A DNA stretch of 64,000 nucleotides from Blepharisma stoltei ATCC 30299 (GCA_965603825.1 CBFDEM010000011.1:930001-994000), one strand, 5' to 3'. Shown: positions 12,641 through 26,558, numbered from the stretch's first letter. A program made the numbers and translations. The notes: generated by a model not told the origin, from the sequence alone.

Positions 12641-15600
12641 ATGGAAAGAACTATTAGTCCTTACTCCCATATGTCTGAGCTCGAATCTGAGGAGATTTCT
12701 GGAGACTATTATAAGGCAAACGAGAAAAGACCCTCTGAAAAATCAAAAAATGTAAATAAACTTCGCAAAGTTCCAAATGACGGAGATTATCGTAACGATA
12801 CTTTTTCATCAGCCTACTCAAGCAGGCCTTCCACAACTCAATTCCAAGCCCTTGTTTTGGATTCAAGCTTTAATGAAACGATTTATACTCCAAAGCGCCA
12901 GAGCATTGAGCCGTGCGCACTACACCGTTCCTTTCTAGAGCGAATTGACGAGGATAATGGATTAAACAAAAAGCTTTTTTCAGCTTCGAACACTTTTCGA
13001 AGCTTTAAAACTTTATCTATAAACCAGCCAGAAGTAAATACTCATGATCCTGAGCTATTAAAAGGATATATTAGGATTCGTGAGCTAACACCTTTTGAAG
13101 TTATTGAAGATATGAATGACGATTTTCCCTGACTTGATCTCAGAAAAGCATTTTTGCGTGTCTGCTACGCGATTTCTCAATTTTGCTTGCACATTGTATC
13201 AAATCCTGCATTTGATATAATAATTCTGTGCTTTATTTTTGCCAATACAATTGTTTTGTCAATTGAAGACCCATCAGCGAATATTCAGCCACCCTCTTTG
13301 GCTGCATTAGACAGCATTTTTTTATATGTATATACAGCAGAAGCTGGGCTGAAAATTTTAGCATATGGATTTATATTTAACAAAGGAGCTTATATTAGGG
13401 ATCCCTGAAACATACTTGACGCTCTTATTATTAGCACTGCTTGAGCCTCGATGCACGCAACGACGTCAATTAATTTGAATGCATTGCGTTCCCTGAGAAT
13501 TCTTAGGCCATTGAAGAGTATTTCTTCTCTCCCTGGACTGAGAGTCCTAGTTTTGGCCTTACTGAAGTCTATTTTGCCTTTGTCAAATATTATATTAATA
13601 CTGTTTTTTGTCCTGCTTATATTTGGGATCATTGGGAACCAGCTTTTTGGTGGGCTGTTTAAGTATCAGTGTATGGACTTGGAGACTGGGAGATTTCATA
13701 TGGCGCCAGGGGATGACGAAGTCTGTGGAAGCAGGTCTTGCCCTTGAGGATATGAATGTGTGAAGAGCTTGAATAACCCTGTCTATGGAAAAATCAACTT
13801 TGACAACGCTTTGATAGGACTTCTGCAATGCTACACTTCAATTAGTGAAGAAGGATGGACTCAAATTATGATAATGGGCGAAAAAGCTTTCAACCAGCCA
13901 ATCGCTGTCATTTTTTCAATCTCACTTATTTTTATTGGCACTTTTTTGCTACTGAATATTATGGAGGTCGTCTTGTATTCGAATTTTTCGAAGGAAATGG
14001 ACAACTTGAGGCTGGAACAAAAAAAAGGAAATATCATTGAAGAAGAATCAGCCGGCTCTAGTCTAATAGAAAACTTAGTCAGAGACCATGACTCATTTGA
14101 ACAAGGGATCAATAACTGCATAAATGCTGACAAGACTGGATCTGAACTAGGCGTAAACTCAGATGAGATTTACAAATATAAAAACCCAGAAACTAACAGA
14201 TCACAGCTTGAAGATGACAAAATTTTATTTTCCAGCAACAAAAAACTAAAAATGCATGGGATTTATAAGCAAGCCAAGCTCAGCATGAGAAATAAAGTCA
14301 CTGAGTTTTTTGAAGTCTTTAACTCTATGGACAGCAGCATCAAGCTTAACGATGAAGATTTGCTTGTTAAAGATCTCGATGAAAGCTTGCCATCTCCAAA
14401 GTGAGATAAATCTAAGAGAGAAAGTGCAGGAGAGCAAAACACTTCAATAAATCATGGGGAAGAAATCTTTTTAAAAGCTGGAGCTGCTGCTCCTCCCAAG
14501 CCAAGCATCGGAAACTCTCCTTCAGCAACCTATGAAACTAAGCAGGAAAGTTTTTCCAAAAAAGACTCAGTGCTCTCAAGAATGGCTTCTCTTTTTAAAA
14601 ACTCTACAAAAAGAGAAACTGCTTCCAAAGTTTCTGAAAAAGCTATTTCGCCTATATTGACAAGAGTAAAGAATGTGAAAATTAGAAAAGACCTGGCACA
14701 GAAGCTGAAACATGTGAAGGAAACTACCAAAATAAAAGTCTGCATTGAAGAAAATCATGAAATAACGTCAAATTCTATACGTGATGTATTTCCTGAAGAT
14801 TTTATTTCTCATGATAGAATTCACATCGAGTCATTGTATGAGTATAGGTTCACCTATAGGGGGGGAAAAGATGTCCTTTCCAATTTGGAAAAACTAACCC
14901 AAACATGGGACAACAAAGTGTCTGATGTTCTTGACAAGTATAGCGAAAAAGGGGATAGAAATGAAATTTTCAGGTATTTGTGCAGCAAACTAAAAATTAG
15001 GGTGGCATTCTATATGACGACAATTGAGGTCCCAAAAATTATTAAGGCTATCAAAGAGCAGGATAAAGTAACAAAAAACGTGGTTGGGGATTGGTCAGGG
15101 TATGATGTAAATACCAATGATGGATTAAAAACGCATGAATACAAAGAACAAATGGACACTATGACCTATAAACTATGAAGCAACGGTTTCATTGGGAACT
15201 GGCAGAGACTGGTGCACCCTTTTAAACGAATTGTGAGACACAGGCGCTTCAATTATGCCATGATCCTATGCGTTATAGCAAACACAATTACTTTATCAAT
15301 AAACCATTATGGGATTGATTCAGAAACAGACACAATATTGACGATCATAAACTCGATTTTTACTTTCACTTTTGTAGGAGAAATGACCTTAAAGATCTTA
15401 GCACTTGGCTTGATAAGCTACTGCAGAGAAGCCATGAACCTATTTGATGGGTCAATCACTATTCTTGGCCTAATTGAGTTTTTATTTTTATCAGACACAG
15501 GGAACTCATTCCAAGCCCTCAGAGCAATCAGAATTTTAAGGATTTTTCGAGTAGTTCGCGTCCTAAGGCTTTTCAGATATCTCCAAACAATGACACACAT

Positions 15601-18547
15601 CATAAAAAAGCTTCAAAAAAACATCATGAACTTTTTCTACCTAATCATTTTCCTATCACTTTTTATCCTGATTTTTACCATTGTAGGACTACAATTATAC
15701 TCAGGAAAGCTTAATTTTACTGAAGCTCACAATCAATATAACTGGAACAATTTTTATTTCTCTTTCCTTACCACTTTCCAAATCATGACTGAAGAAAACT
15801 GAAACAACGAGGTCTACCTCACTATGAGGTCCACATATGGATATGTTGGGGCTTTATTCCCTTCTATTTGGATTATGGTAGGGAACTATATTTTACTGAA
15901 TATTTTTCTAGCTTTAGTTCTTGATATTTTTTCAACTGAAGAAGAGGATCTGAGCTGACAAACGACAGGGTCATACACAAATGAGAGCAGGAGGGAAAGC
16001 ATTTTTTCAATTTCGTCAAGGATTAAAAAGAAAAAGGAGCAGAAGCTTAAGATTTTGGAGGATCTAAGCGAAATTGAGAGTGAGAGTGAAAGCGAAAGCG
16101 AAAATGAGAATAGCAATTTGAATGAAGAAGAAAGGAAAAGGAGCCTTGATGAACTGAAGCGGCAAAGCGAGATGAAGAAAATAAAGACTATGTTTGTAGG
16201 AATTGATTGTGAGAGAAGCTTTTTTGTATTGTCTAAGCAAAATAAAATAAGGAAGCTGTGCTATACTCTGACGAGCAGTCCGAAATATGAAGCTTTAGTT
16301 TTGGTTGTAATTATTGTAAGCACGCTGAAGTTAATATGGGACACTTATCTGTTAGACTTGCCTTCAGATTCCACTGAAATTGTTGTGTCTACTTATTTTG
16401 ATCTTGTATTTACTGTGATTTTTGGAGTAGAAATGGTTATAAAATCAATATCAATGGGTTTTTTGTTTTCTAAAGGATCATATCTTAGGGACAGCTGATG
16501 CCAGCTTGATTTTATTATTGTAGTTCTATCAGTTATCGATCAAGCATTGACATCTGTGAACATCCCAGTTATCAAAGTGCTGAGGCTGCTTAGAATTCTA
16601 AGACCATTAAGGATTATCAGTCACAATCTTCAAATGAAAATTATGATTAATGCTCTAATAGAGTCCTTGATCTCAGTTTTTAACGTTTCTGCAGCCATTC
16701 TTCTCCTTTGGCTGATTTTTTCGATTTTAGGAGTATCACTTTTTGGAGGGAAGCTCTATAGTTGCTCTAATTCCAGCATCAATAACAGAGCAGACTGCGA
16801 AAAATTAGGCTATACTTGGGATGTCATGGATTTTAACTTCGATGACGTTCCTAACGGAATGGTTGACTCCTTTATCCTAACAACACAAGAAGGTTGACCT
16901 GACTGAATGTACCAAACATGTGCAGCATATAAAACTGACCATGCCCCAATTTCTGGATACTACCCAAGCGCAGCAATATATTTTATCATCCATATGTCCT
17001 TATCTTCTATTTTTTTCATCAATCTACTAATTGGTGTTATGTTCGAAAAATTCGCTGAAGCCAAAAAAAACGAGAGTTCAATAGCAGCGCTCGTTTTATC
17101 TAAAGAACAGATGGTATGGGTCGAAATCCAGTCTTTAATTGCCCAATCAAAACCTCAGATTGACCAATCTAAAAAGCCTGAAAATAATTTCCAAAAATTT
17201 TTCTATGCAATTCAAGACCATTGGTCGTTTAAAATATTTATTAGCATTTGCATTGGGTGTAATTTTATTTTGATGTGCATGTATTATGATCAAGCTTCTG
17301 CAGAGTACACAAGTGTGCTTGAAAATTTTAACTCAGCATTTACTTATATATTTATTGCTGAAGGTGCTGTTAAAATTACAGGTATGGGGTATTTATATTT
17401 TTATGACGGGTGGAACCGGTTTGATTTTTTTGTAATTATTGCTTCTATTATAGACTTGATTTTTACCTATATAATTACATCAGGGATCCCTCTTTTAAAA
17501 ACAGCGCCGCAGCTGATAAGAACGATAAGAGTTTTAAGGGTGACAAGGGTCATAAGGCTGGTAAAACAGTTCAACACTTTGCAAGAATTGATCACTTTGG
17601 TTTCTTATTCAATTCCTTCAATTTTGAATGTATCATCGATTTTGCTGCTAATTTATGTGATTTATGCAGTCCTTGGGGTTTACCTTTATCATTCTATTGA
17701 TTCAGGGAATAATTTCAGCTCTTACGACAACATGAATAATTTTGGAAGAGCAATCATAAAGTTGTTTAAGCATTCAACAGGAGAAAACTGACCAGATGCT
17801 ATGTTTGACTGTGCTAAATCATCAAGTGGTAGGGTTATAGCTTATTTGTATTGATGTACCTTTATATCTGCTACCACTTTCGTCCTGCTCAATGTGTTCG
17901 TTATGGTTATTTTGCAAGACTATGAAGATTTCGCAAATGACGCTCAAAGTGGTGTGATTATTTTTAATAAAGATGTCAAGCAGTTTAAAACTGCTTGGGC
18001 AACATACTCAGCTACAAGCCAAGGATTGAGAATCCATTACAAATTTTTAGTTGAATTAATGTATTCATTAGGACCAGAACTTGGCGTACCATCAGATACT
18101 CCACATGAAAGGGTAGTCAAGCTACTGTCTATTATGGAGCTACATATAGATGATGAAGGGTATATTTATTATAACGACATGCTTTTTTCTGTTATGAAAA
18201 GGAAGCATGCAAAGGATTTAGCAAAACATCTTGATGCAAAGTCACAAAAATTGATAAGAAAAGAAGAGCATCAGACTAGTAAAAGATTGCAGCAAATGAG
18301 GGAAAAAATATCAATGAATTTCTACTCTGAAATGAGGACAAATAGCCAAGTGAAGATGAAAGGTAAAACTAACTTGTTTTTTGCGATGATTTATGCGAAA
18401 ACTGTATTTAGAAGCTGAAGAAGATGGACTAAGAAGAAAAAAGAGGATGCTAATAAATCAGGCGATCTTAGCATTACACCAAGGTTCTCAGACGTCGAGT
18501 TCCCAGGAGATAATTCTTTATTGTCATCTGAAGCTGAGATTATATAG
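12641..18547 (+). CDS. Four-domain voltage-gated Ca2+/Na+ channel alpha subunit, paralog 2 (~1,968 aa)
   Basis: Single frame with TGA=Trp. Pore loops SEEGW, TEENW, TQEGW, TGENW; four S4 segments; stop TAG 18545-18547. Confidence 0.93.
16076..16111 (+). repeat. Degenerate hexamer repeat encoding an ESESESESENEN acidic run in the channel II-III linker
   Basis: gagagtgagagtgaaagcgaaagcgaaaatgagaat; absent from paralogs 1 and 3. Confidence 0.6.
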
Positions 18548-18640
18548 TAATTTTAAATATTTAACCGAATAAGGTTGAAACTTAATTTAAATGCATTTTT
18601 TTAAAAATGTTAAGACAAATATTAATTTAGGGTAAATATA

Positions 18641-21600
18641 ATGAAAGATCAGTTTAATCCTAGTTTTAAGGTTCAGTATATGGAGAAAAAACACAATTTT
18701 CAGCACTTCGCAGAATTACCTCCTATAAAGCATAAAAGCCGCTTAAAGTATTATAGCTCAGAAAAATACTCAAATCCAGATGATGATAGCATGAAGTTTC
18801 ATAATGAAATGTCACAGTATCTAATGTCAGAGCAAACCCCTAGCAACTCGATATCTAGCTTATCTTTTGAAATCCGAAAAGCAAACCCTGAGGCTTTAAA
18901 CATGTCTTTTCACGAAAGAATTGACAACGAGCTGTACCATGCAAAATTTTCTGAAACAAAGTTTAAAAGTCTGAAGTCATTAATTTTACTCAAACCTAGA
19001 GAAGAAACTGATGACACAGAGTTGCTCCAAGGATACATGAGGATTCGTGAATGAACAAAGTTTGAAGAAATTGAAGCAATTAATACTAAAAATCCATTTT
19101 CAGATACAAGGAAAGCATTTTTACGAATAAAATGAGCTCTAATAGAACTTTGTCGAAAAATTGTAAAAAGTTCAATTTTTGATGCAATTATTTTGTGTTT
19201 TATTATTGCAAATACTGTTATTATAGCTATAGAAGACCCGGACACGTCTGATGAATCTAGTATTTTGAATAATCTAGATGATATATTCTTATATGTTTAC
19301 ACAGCAGAATTTGGTTTAAAAATCATAGCTTATGGTGTCGTGATTTCTAAGGGTTCATATTTTAGAGACCCATGGAATATTTTTGATTTTATTATATTAG
19401 TTACAGCTTGACTCGCAAATATTTACTCAAGCAGCTTCAATTTTAACGCTTTGCGCTCTTTAAGAATTCTCCGACCTTTAAAAAGCATTTCTTCTTTAAA
19501 GGATTTAAGAATTTTAGTTTCAGCGCTATTTCAATCTATAGTCCCGATTGCAAATGCACTAATGATGCTGTTTTTCGTGCTTTTAATTTATGCAATAATA
19601 GGAAACCAGCTGTTTGGAGGATTATTCAAATATAAATGTATGGATTTGGAAACAGGAAAATTCCCAAGTGCTCCCGGAAGTGATAGTGTCTGTGGAGATC
19701 TAGGGTGTCCAGATGGATTTGTATGTGTGAAAAGCTTAGATAACCCTGTCTATGGAAAAATCAACTATGACAATGTTTTAATTGGAGCTTTGCAATGCTT
19801 TACTTCTGTGAGTCTGGAAGGATGAAGCACAATTATGAAAATTGGTGAAAAGACATTGAATAAGCCAACATCTATTATTTTTTCAATAACACTGATATTT
19901 ATTGGAGCCTTTATGATGCTGAATATCATGGAGGTCATTTTGATATCGAATTTGTCAAAGGAAATGGATAAATCTCGTGCTAAGCAAAAAGAACGTGATC
20001 TTATCGAAGAAGAGCTTGCAGATAGCTCTGTGCTCGACAACTTAATACAAATCTCTGAGGAAGATGATGAGAATTGAAAAGAGAGTTTTGAATTTAAGTA
20101 TAATAACAGTGAAAACTCAAAGAAATATAGAGGTTATACAGATAGCAGCCTGATCAGAGATTCATTTAAAACTTCTGTAAGAGCCAATATTATAAAGCCA
20201 CCATACAGAATGCATGAAATTTTTAAAAATGCAGAAATTATTGTAAGAAATTCGAACTTTACAGATCGATATGAGTTGATTGATTCTTCAGAAAATATGT
20301 CTGAACAGAACCAGGAAGGCAATATTACACCAAATGAAAGTTTGCCGACACCTGTTTTTGATTGAGAAAATTATAAGCATAGAACTTCTTCCATCCAAAC
20401 AAATCATGAATATAAAAGTATTGACGCATTAAAGCAAGATATTTCTGGAAAATTTGCAGATAATAGTTGGTTAGATTTCGAAAAAATAAATAAGCATACT
20501 TCATTTAGGTATCAAATACCTTCCACAAATGTTTATGATAAAAAAGACAATGAAGGTGGCAATAAATCAAGTTTAATTTCTTGAGCGACTCCTAGAACGA
20601 CTGCAAGAATTAAAAATTTGAAATTAAGAAAAGATTTATTGGGTAAATTAAGAGACGTTAATGACAAGACAAAAATAAAAGCTTTTATAGAAGAATCTTA
20701 TGAAATTCATTCAAATTCCTTTATTGATGTCATTCCAGTCATAAATAAATCATCCTATTCCAAACCTTCAAATAAGTACAGATTTTCTTATAGAAATAAC
20801 AAAGACATATCATCATCAATTGAAAGTTTAACACAATCATGGGATAATAAAGTTTCTGATACCATAATGAGATACAGAGAAAAAGGAGATAGGTTTGATG
20901 TGTTTAAATATCTTTGCCAGAAGCATAAAATGAAAGCAGCCTTTCATATGACTGCAATAAAGGTCCCAAAAATAATTAAAAAAATCAAAGACAACGATTT
21001 TTCAGCACGAAATATAGTTGGAGACTGATCAGGATTCGATGTAAACTCAAAAAGTAAAATAAATAAAAGCATCGATATTGTTGAAAATATGAATTTTCGA
21101 ATCTGAAGAAGAGGAATCTTCGGGATTTGAAACCAGCTAACCTTTCCCTTATTTCTCCTTGCAGGCAGCAAATATTTTAATTATTTTATGATATTCTGTA
21201 TAATAGGCAATACTACAGTTTTATCTGTAAATTACTATGGGATTGATTCTGATACAAGTCTCATCTTGAATCAAATCAACACTGTTTTTACCATAATTTT
21301 TGTGTGTGAAATGGGGATAAAAATACTTGGACTTGGATTGATTAATTACTGCAAAGAAAAAATAAATTTATTTGACGCCTCTATTACAATTCTTGGGCTT
21401 GTTGATTTTCTTTTAATAACGGGCTCTGGTTCAGTCATTAGTGCAATCTGAGCGATTCGTGTATTTAGAATTTTTCGCGTTGTAAGAGTTGCTAGACTCT
21501 TCCGATACTTGCAAACAACAACACATATTATTGACAAAATTTCAAAAAATATTTACATGTTTTTCTATCTTACTATATTTCTCAGCTTATTTGTGATTAT

Positions 21601-24421
21601 TTTCACGATACTAGGAGTGCAGCTTTTTTCAAATAAATTGGATTTTGCTGAGGCTCATAACCAATACAATTACAATAATTTATATTTTTCGTTTCTTTCT
21701 ACCTTCCAAATTTTGACAGATGAAAATTGAAATAATGAGGAATATTTGACGATGAGATCTTCCTATGGATACCCAGGAACTCTTTTTCCAGCTGTATGGC
21801 TTATGCTTGGGAATGAAATCTTGCTTAATATCTTTTTGGCTTTAGTTCTTGACATATTTTCTGTAGAAGATGAAAATTCTGAATCTTCAAGCTTAGATGG
21901 TAAATCAGGACTGACAAGCAAAAATGGGCTTTTTGAGTCAAGAAGTAGAAAGAAAAAAGAAAAAAGGCTCAAAGCTTTAGAAGAAGCCATAAATGGAGAT
22001 TTTGAATTTGATGAAAACATATCATTAGAAGAAATAAAGCGTCAAAGCATGCTGAAAAAGCAAACCTCATATTTCACTGGAATTGAATGTCGTAATAGTT
22101 TTTTCATATTTTCTAAAGAAAACAAATTCAGAAAAATTTGTTATTTCTTATCCTCAAATCCTACAATGGAAAAATGCATTCTTGCAATTATTCTGGTGAG
22201 CACTCTTAAACTGATATGGGACACATATTTGCTTGATTTTCCTTCTACTGATATTCGAATTGAGATATCTAACAATCTCGACACAGCTTTTACCTGTATT
22301 TTTGCATTCGAAATGATTATAAAATCTGTATCTATGGGTTTTATATTATCAAAAGGATCTTATCTTCGAGACAGATGATGCCAGCTTGACTTTATTATAG
22401 TCATTTTCTCGATTGTCGATTTGGCTTTGACAGATATCAGTTGGCCTGAAATTAAAGTCTTGAGGATTCTCAGAATTTTGAGACCATTGAGAATAATCAG
22501 TCATAATGTCCAGATGAAAATCATGCTCAATGCACTTATAGAATCCTTAATAGGAGTTATTAACGTATTTGGAGCAATATTGATCCTCTGGCTTGTTTTC
22601 TCTATCTTAGGTGTCTCATTATTTGCAGGAAAGCTTTACAGCTGCTCTAAGAGCAATATAAACAATAGGAATGAATGTGAAAATTATGGGTATAACTGGG
22701 ATGCATATCATTTCAATTTTGATAACGTCATTGAAGCTATGGTAGATTCTTTTATATTAACTACTCAAGAAAGCTGGCCTGACTATATGTATGCAGCTTG
22801 TTCTGCATACAAAGATGGATATGCACCAATCTCTAACTACTACCCCAACGCAGCAATTTATTTTATCGTCCACCTCTGCTTGTCATCTGTGTTTTTTATG
22901 AACCTCTTCTCTGGTGTTGTTTTTGAAAAGTTCATTGAAGCCAAAAAGAACGAAAGCTCGTTGGCATCATTAATACTTTCCAAAGAGCAGATGGTATGGG
23001 TTGAAATTCAGTCCTTAATTACCCAATCAAAGCCTGAGCTTGATATTGCAAGTAAGCCAAAAAACAGATTCCAAGCACTCTTTTTTATCATTCAAAACCA
23101 CTGGATCTTTGAATCTTTTATCATCCTCTGCATCATTTTAAACTTCTTTCTAATGTGCCTTTACTATGACCAAGCTTCTACACGTTACACTGACTCTCTT
23201 GAAGTCTGCAATATGATTTTTACATATATTTTTATAGGGGAGGGTGCGATAAAGCTGATAGGTTTAGGAAAAAATTATTTTAAAGATGGGTGGAATCGGT
23301 TTGACTTTTTTGTAGTTATATCATCTTGTGTTGATTTAGTTTTCAGCTATATGACTGTATCTATTGATCATGTATGAAGCAAAGCACCTCAGTTGATAAG
23401 AGCAATAAGAGTTTTAAGAGTTACAAGGGTGGTTAGACTTATAAAAAAGTTCAAGACTTTGCAAGATTTGATAACTTTGGTATCCTATTCTATTCCATCA
23501 ATTTTAAACGTGTCTGCCATTTTATTATTGGTATATGTAATATATGCGGTATTAGGAGTTTACTTGTTTCATAGCATAAATTCAGGAGCTGTATTTGATG
23601 ACTATAGTAATATGAGTAATTTTGATCAAGCCTTAGTAAAGCTATTTAAACATTCCACTGGGGAAAATTGGCCTGATGCGATGTATGACTGTGCTGATAG
23701 TGTTGGGAAAACTGTGTCTTATATTTACTGAATCTCTTTTATTGCTTTTACAACGTTTATTATGATCAATTTATTCGTTATGGTTATCCTTCAGGATTAT
23801 GAAGACTTCGCTAATGATGCAGAAAGCGGGGTTATTCTATTCAATAAAGACGTAAAAAAGTTTAAAAATGCGTGGGCTGTATATTCTGCTGAAAGTCATG
23901 GCAAAAGAATCCATTACAAATTTTTGGTTGACTTTATGCTTGCTCTTGGAGATGGCTTAGGAGCTCCTTATGGCTTTACACATGGCCAGGTTCTAAAGAT
24001 TTTGTCGACTCTTGATCTTGATATAGATGCTGATGGATATATTTATTATAATGATATGCTTTATTCTGTCATGAAAAGAAAATATGAAAGAGGAATAGAT
24101 GCAATTCTTGATGAAAATTCTGAAAAACTTTTAAGGAAAGAAGAATCGTCAACAACTAAGAAACTCAGAGCGATCAGAGATAAATCAAGCATGGATTTCT
24201 ATTCCTTCGATAAAGTAATTTTCAGATAGATAAGCGAGCTGAAGAATAAAGGAAAAACTAATTTGTTTTTGTCGATGATTTATACGAGGACAGTCTTGAG
24301 AGCGTGAAATAATTGAACAAGGAGAAAGAAAGCGAAAGGGAATGCTTCGATCAGCATTACTCCAAGAATGTCAGATGAAGATTTTCCAGGTGAAAATTCT
24401 CTTATGTCAGAAATCGAATAA
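18641..24421 (+). CDS. Four-domain voltage-gated Ca2+/Na+ channel alpha subunit, paralog 3 (~1,921 aa; one 15-nt intron)
   Basis: Single frame with TGA=Trp. Pore loops SLEGW, TDENW, TQESW, TGENW. Intron 24215-24229; stop TAA 24419-24421. Confidence 0.93.
24215..24229 (+). other. 15-nt spliceosomal intron
   Basis: gtaattttcagatag; same position and phase as the paralog 1 intron. Confidence 0.88.
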
Positions 24422-24521
24422 GACTTATTTTTCAATTTTCTGCGAAAGAAAATTTAAGGAGATAGTTCTTTACAAAATAGATAGATAAATAATCATTGAA
24501 TTTATATTGCTATTATCAAGT

Positions 24522-26558
24522 CTATTCATTTATTTTATATTCTCTGACTTCATTCAAAATATGAATAGCTCTCCTCAACCCATCTACAGCTTGTGAAGCC
24601 GTTTCTCTTTCCTGAGCAATTCCATCAGATTCTTCTAATAACTCATCGCACTCTTCTTTGTATAATTTTTTAACCAATTCTCTTTGGAGCTCATCTTTTG
24701 ACCTATTAACTAGAAATCCCATAATAGTTTTTGGTACCAAATCGCCAATATTAACCCTGACAATATCAAAATACGATTTTATCAAAATTTTAATCATTTC
24801 TATTTGCTCTTTTTCGTCATTTGTCATCTTTGAAGATGGCTGCAGGCTTGACGGAGGACTCATAAAGTCAAAGCTGATTTTTTGCCTTTCAGGGATTTTT
24901 TCTTCTTCCTGCTCAATTTTTGGGGTTTCTTGAGATCTGAAGGAAAACCAGGAAGACGAGGTCATAATAGTTTCTTCTTTTTTCTTTTGTATTAGAGGGG
25001 GAGGAATAATACTTTTATCGATAATCGGCTCTTGGGCAACTGGCTTAAGCTGAGTTTGGGCTGCAATAAGAGCTTTAGAGCCGCCTATAAATTGAGGATG
25101 GTGTGTGTTAATGTAAGCTCCTTCCACATCTATTAGCCGGTCTATCATTTTTCTGGTAGGCTTCAGTCTAGATGCCAACAGTTGATTTATGACATCTGAA
25201 ACCGCGTCTTTTAACTTCTTAAATCTTTCAAGCTCAGGGATTTCTATTTTATAAATAATATTCTTTAGCTCTTCATATATCAAATTCATACAGTTTAAGC
25301 TTGGTTCATGGAGCTTAGGAATTTGGCTTTTAATTAATATCTCAAACGCTGATTCTGGGATAAATAAAGAGCTTCCAAGCCCAGTTGCATTCATAACTGC
25401 AGTTCGGATATTTTGGTCGCTTAACTCTTGTAAAGGATCAATTTTTGCAATACCACTGACAAAGATCTGATGGAAAATATAATTAATCCTGGCGCCGCCC
25501 ATAAGTTCTTCAGTAACGTTTCTTACATTTTTACCTTCTATGTTTTCTTGGAAGCTTTTGGCTACCTTTTGGATAACACTAAGCAGGACACCTGTCTTAG
25601 AATCTCTAGTTGACAAGGCTTCTCCATATTCTCTTAGCTTTGATATATTAGCTTCCAGCTCGTCATTAACCTTTTTCTTTATTGTTGGAATACTATTATT
25701 TATATGAGTTTGCAAAATCTTATTCAGCCTCATTGTTAAATACCTGATTCCTAGCCTATCTGCATATCTTGCATAAACAGGACTTTCTCTAAAAAATTTT
25801 TCTTCCTTTGCCAGGTGTTTTTTCATAGGGACATTTTTATTGATATCTTCTTGGCTTCTACATACAACTCCTACATATCCAAGCCTAAGTGGGAAAACTG
25901 TGCCATTCAGCATGTCAACAGCGTCAGTTCCTCTATCCATAATATCAATTTTTGTAAGTACACCAATAGTTCTTTCTCCATTTGGATCTACCAAATGAGC
26001 CAACTGTAAAGCATCTGAGTTCGCTAAATCATTATTTGCTGCTGAGATAGCAAGAATAATAGTGTCAGGGTTCGAAATATATTGTAGAATCATATCACGG
26101 ATATTTGTCTCAATATCACGGCTTTGTCCGGAAACTGAAATTTTTACGATCCCTGGCAAATCGACCATAGTGATATCAAGGACGTTAGGGGAATAAATAG
26201 TCAAATCAATAGGCTGGGTCGATATAGATCTGCCATTACCTACAAGATCGGTCGTTCTATTCTTTATTTCTTCACGAATATCATCAAAGTTATCGAAAAA
26301 TGAATCTGGGATGTGAGAGAAAATGCCGTATTCTTGAGATTCTTGGGTTTTTACCAGCTTTAGACGCAGTGGGCATTTTGTGACAATTCCAGAGCCTCTA
26401 GGCAAGAAATCTTTACCGACGATGCTTTCTAAAACACTGCTTTTACCTGAGGACTGAGACCCTACGACTACTATTTGAGGTAAGCTGATGATGTGGGAAA
26501 TGTTGGCTGAAATGAGGACCTCCTGAAGCTTATTGAAGAGTGGGATAAGCTTTTCCAT
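24522..26558 (-). CDS. Dynamin-related GTPase (DRP1/Vps1 class), 678 aa
   Basis: LPQIVVVGSQSSGKSSVLE, DLPG and TKID motifs, middle domain (GGARINYIFH), GED (SYFDIVR...DLVPKTIM); no PH domain. Confidence 0.95.
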   Translation of the reverse strand: MEKLIPLFNKLQEVLISANISHIISLPQIVVVGSQSSGKSSVLESIVGKDFLPRGSGIVTKCPLRLKLVKTQESQEYGIFSHIPDSFFDNFDDIREEIKNRTTDLVGNGRSISTQPIDLTIYSPNVLDITMVDLPGIVKISVSGQSRDIETNIRDMILQYISNPDTIILAISAANNDLANSDALQLAHLVDPNGERTIGVLTKIDIMDRGTDAVDMLNGTVFPLRLGYVGVVCRSQEDINKNVPMKKHLAKEEKFFRESPVYARYADRLGIRYLTMRLNKILQTHINNSIPTIKKKVNDELEANISKLREYGEALSTRDSKTGVLLSVIQKVAKSFQENIEGKNVRNVTEELMGGARINYIFHQIFVSGIAKIDPLQELSDQNIRTAVMNATGLGSSLFIPESAFEILIKSQIPKLHEPSLNCMNLIYEELKNIIYKIEIPELERFKKLKDAVSDVINQLLASRLKPTRKMIDRLIDVEGAYINTHHPQFIGGSKALIAAQTQLKPVAQEPIIDKSIIPPPLIQKKKEETIMTSSSWFSFRSQETPKIEQEEEKIPERQKISFDFMSPPSSLQPSSKMTNDEKEQIEMIKILIKSYFDIVRVNIGDLVPKTIMGFLVNRSKDELQRELVKKLYKEECDELLEESDGIAQERETASQAVDGLRRAIHILNEVREYKINE

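Noticed and set aside
6363-24421. Fragmented channel ORFs as pseudogenes or many small genes
   Set aside because: Fragments stay in one frame and break only at TGA, almost always at Trp positions, or at a 15-nt intron; the domains are complete.
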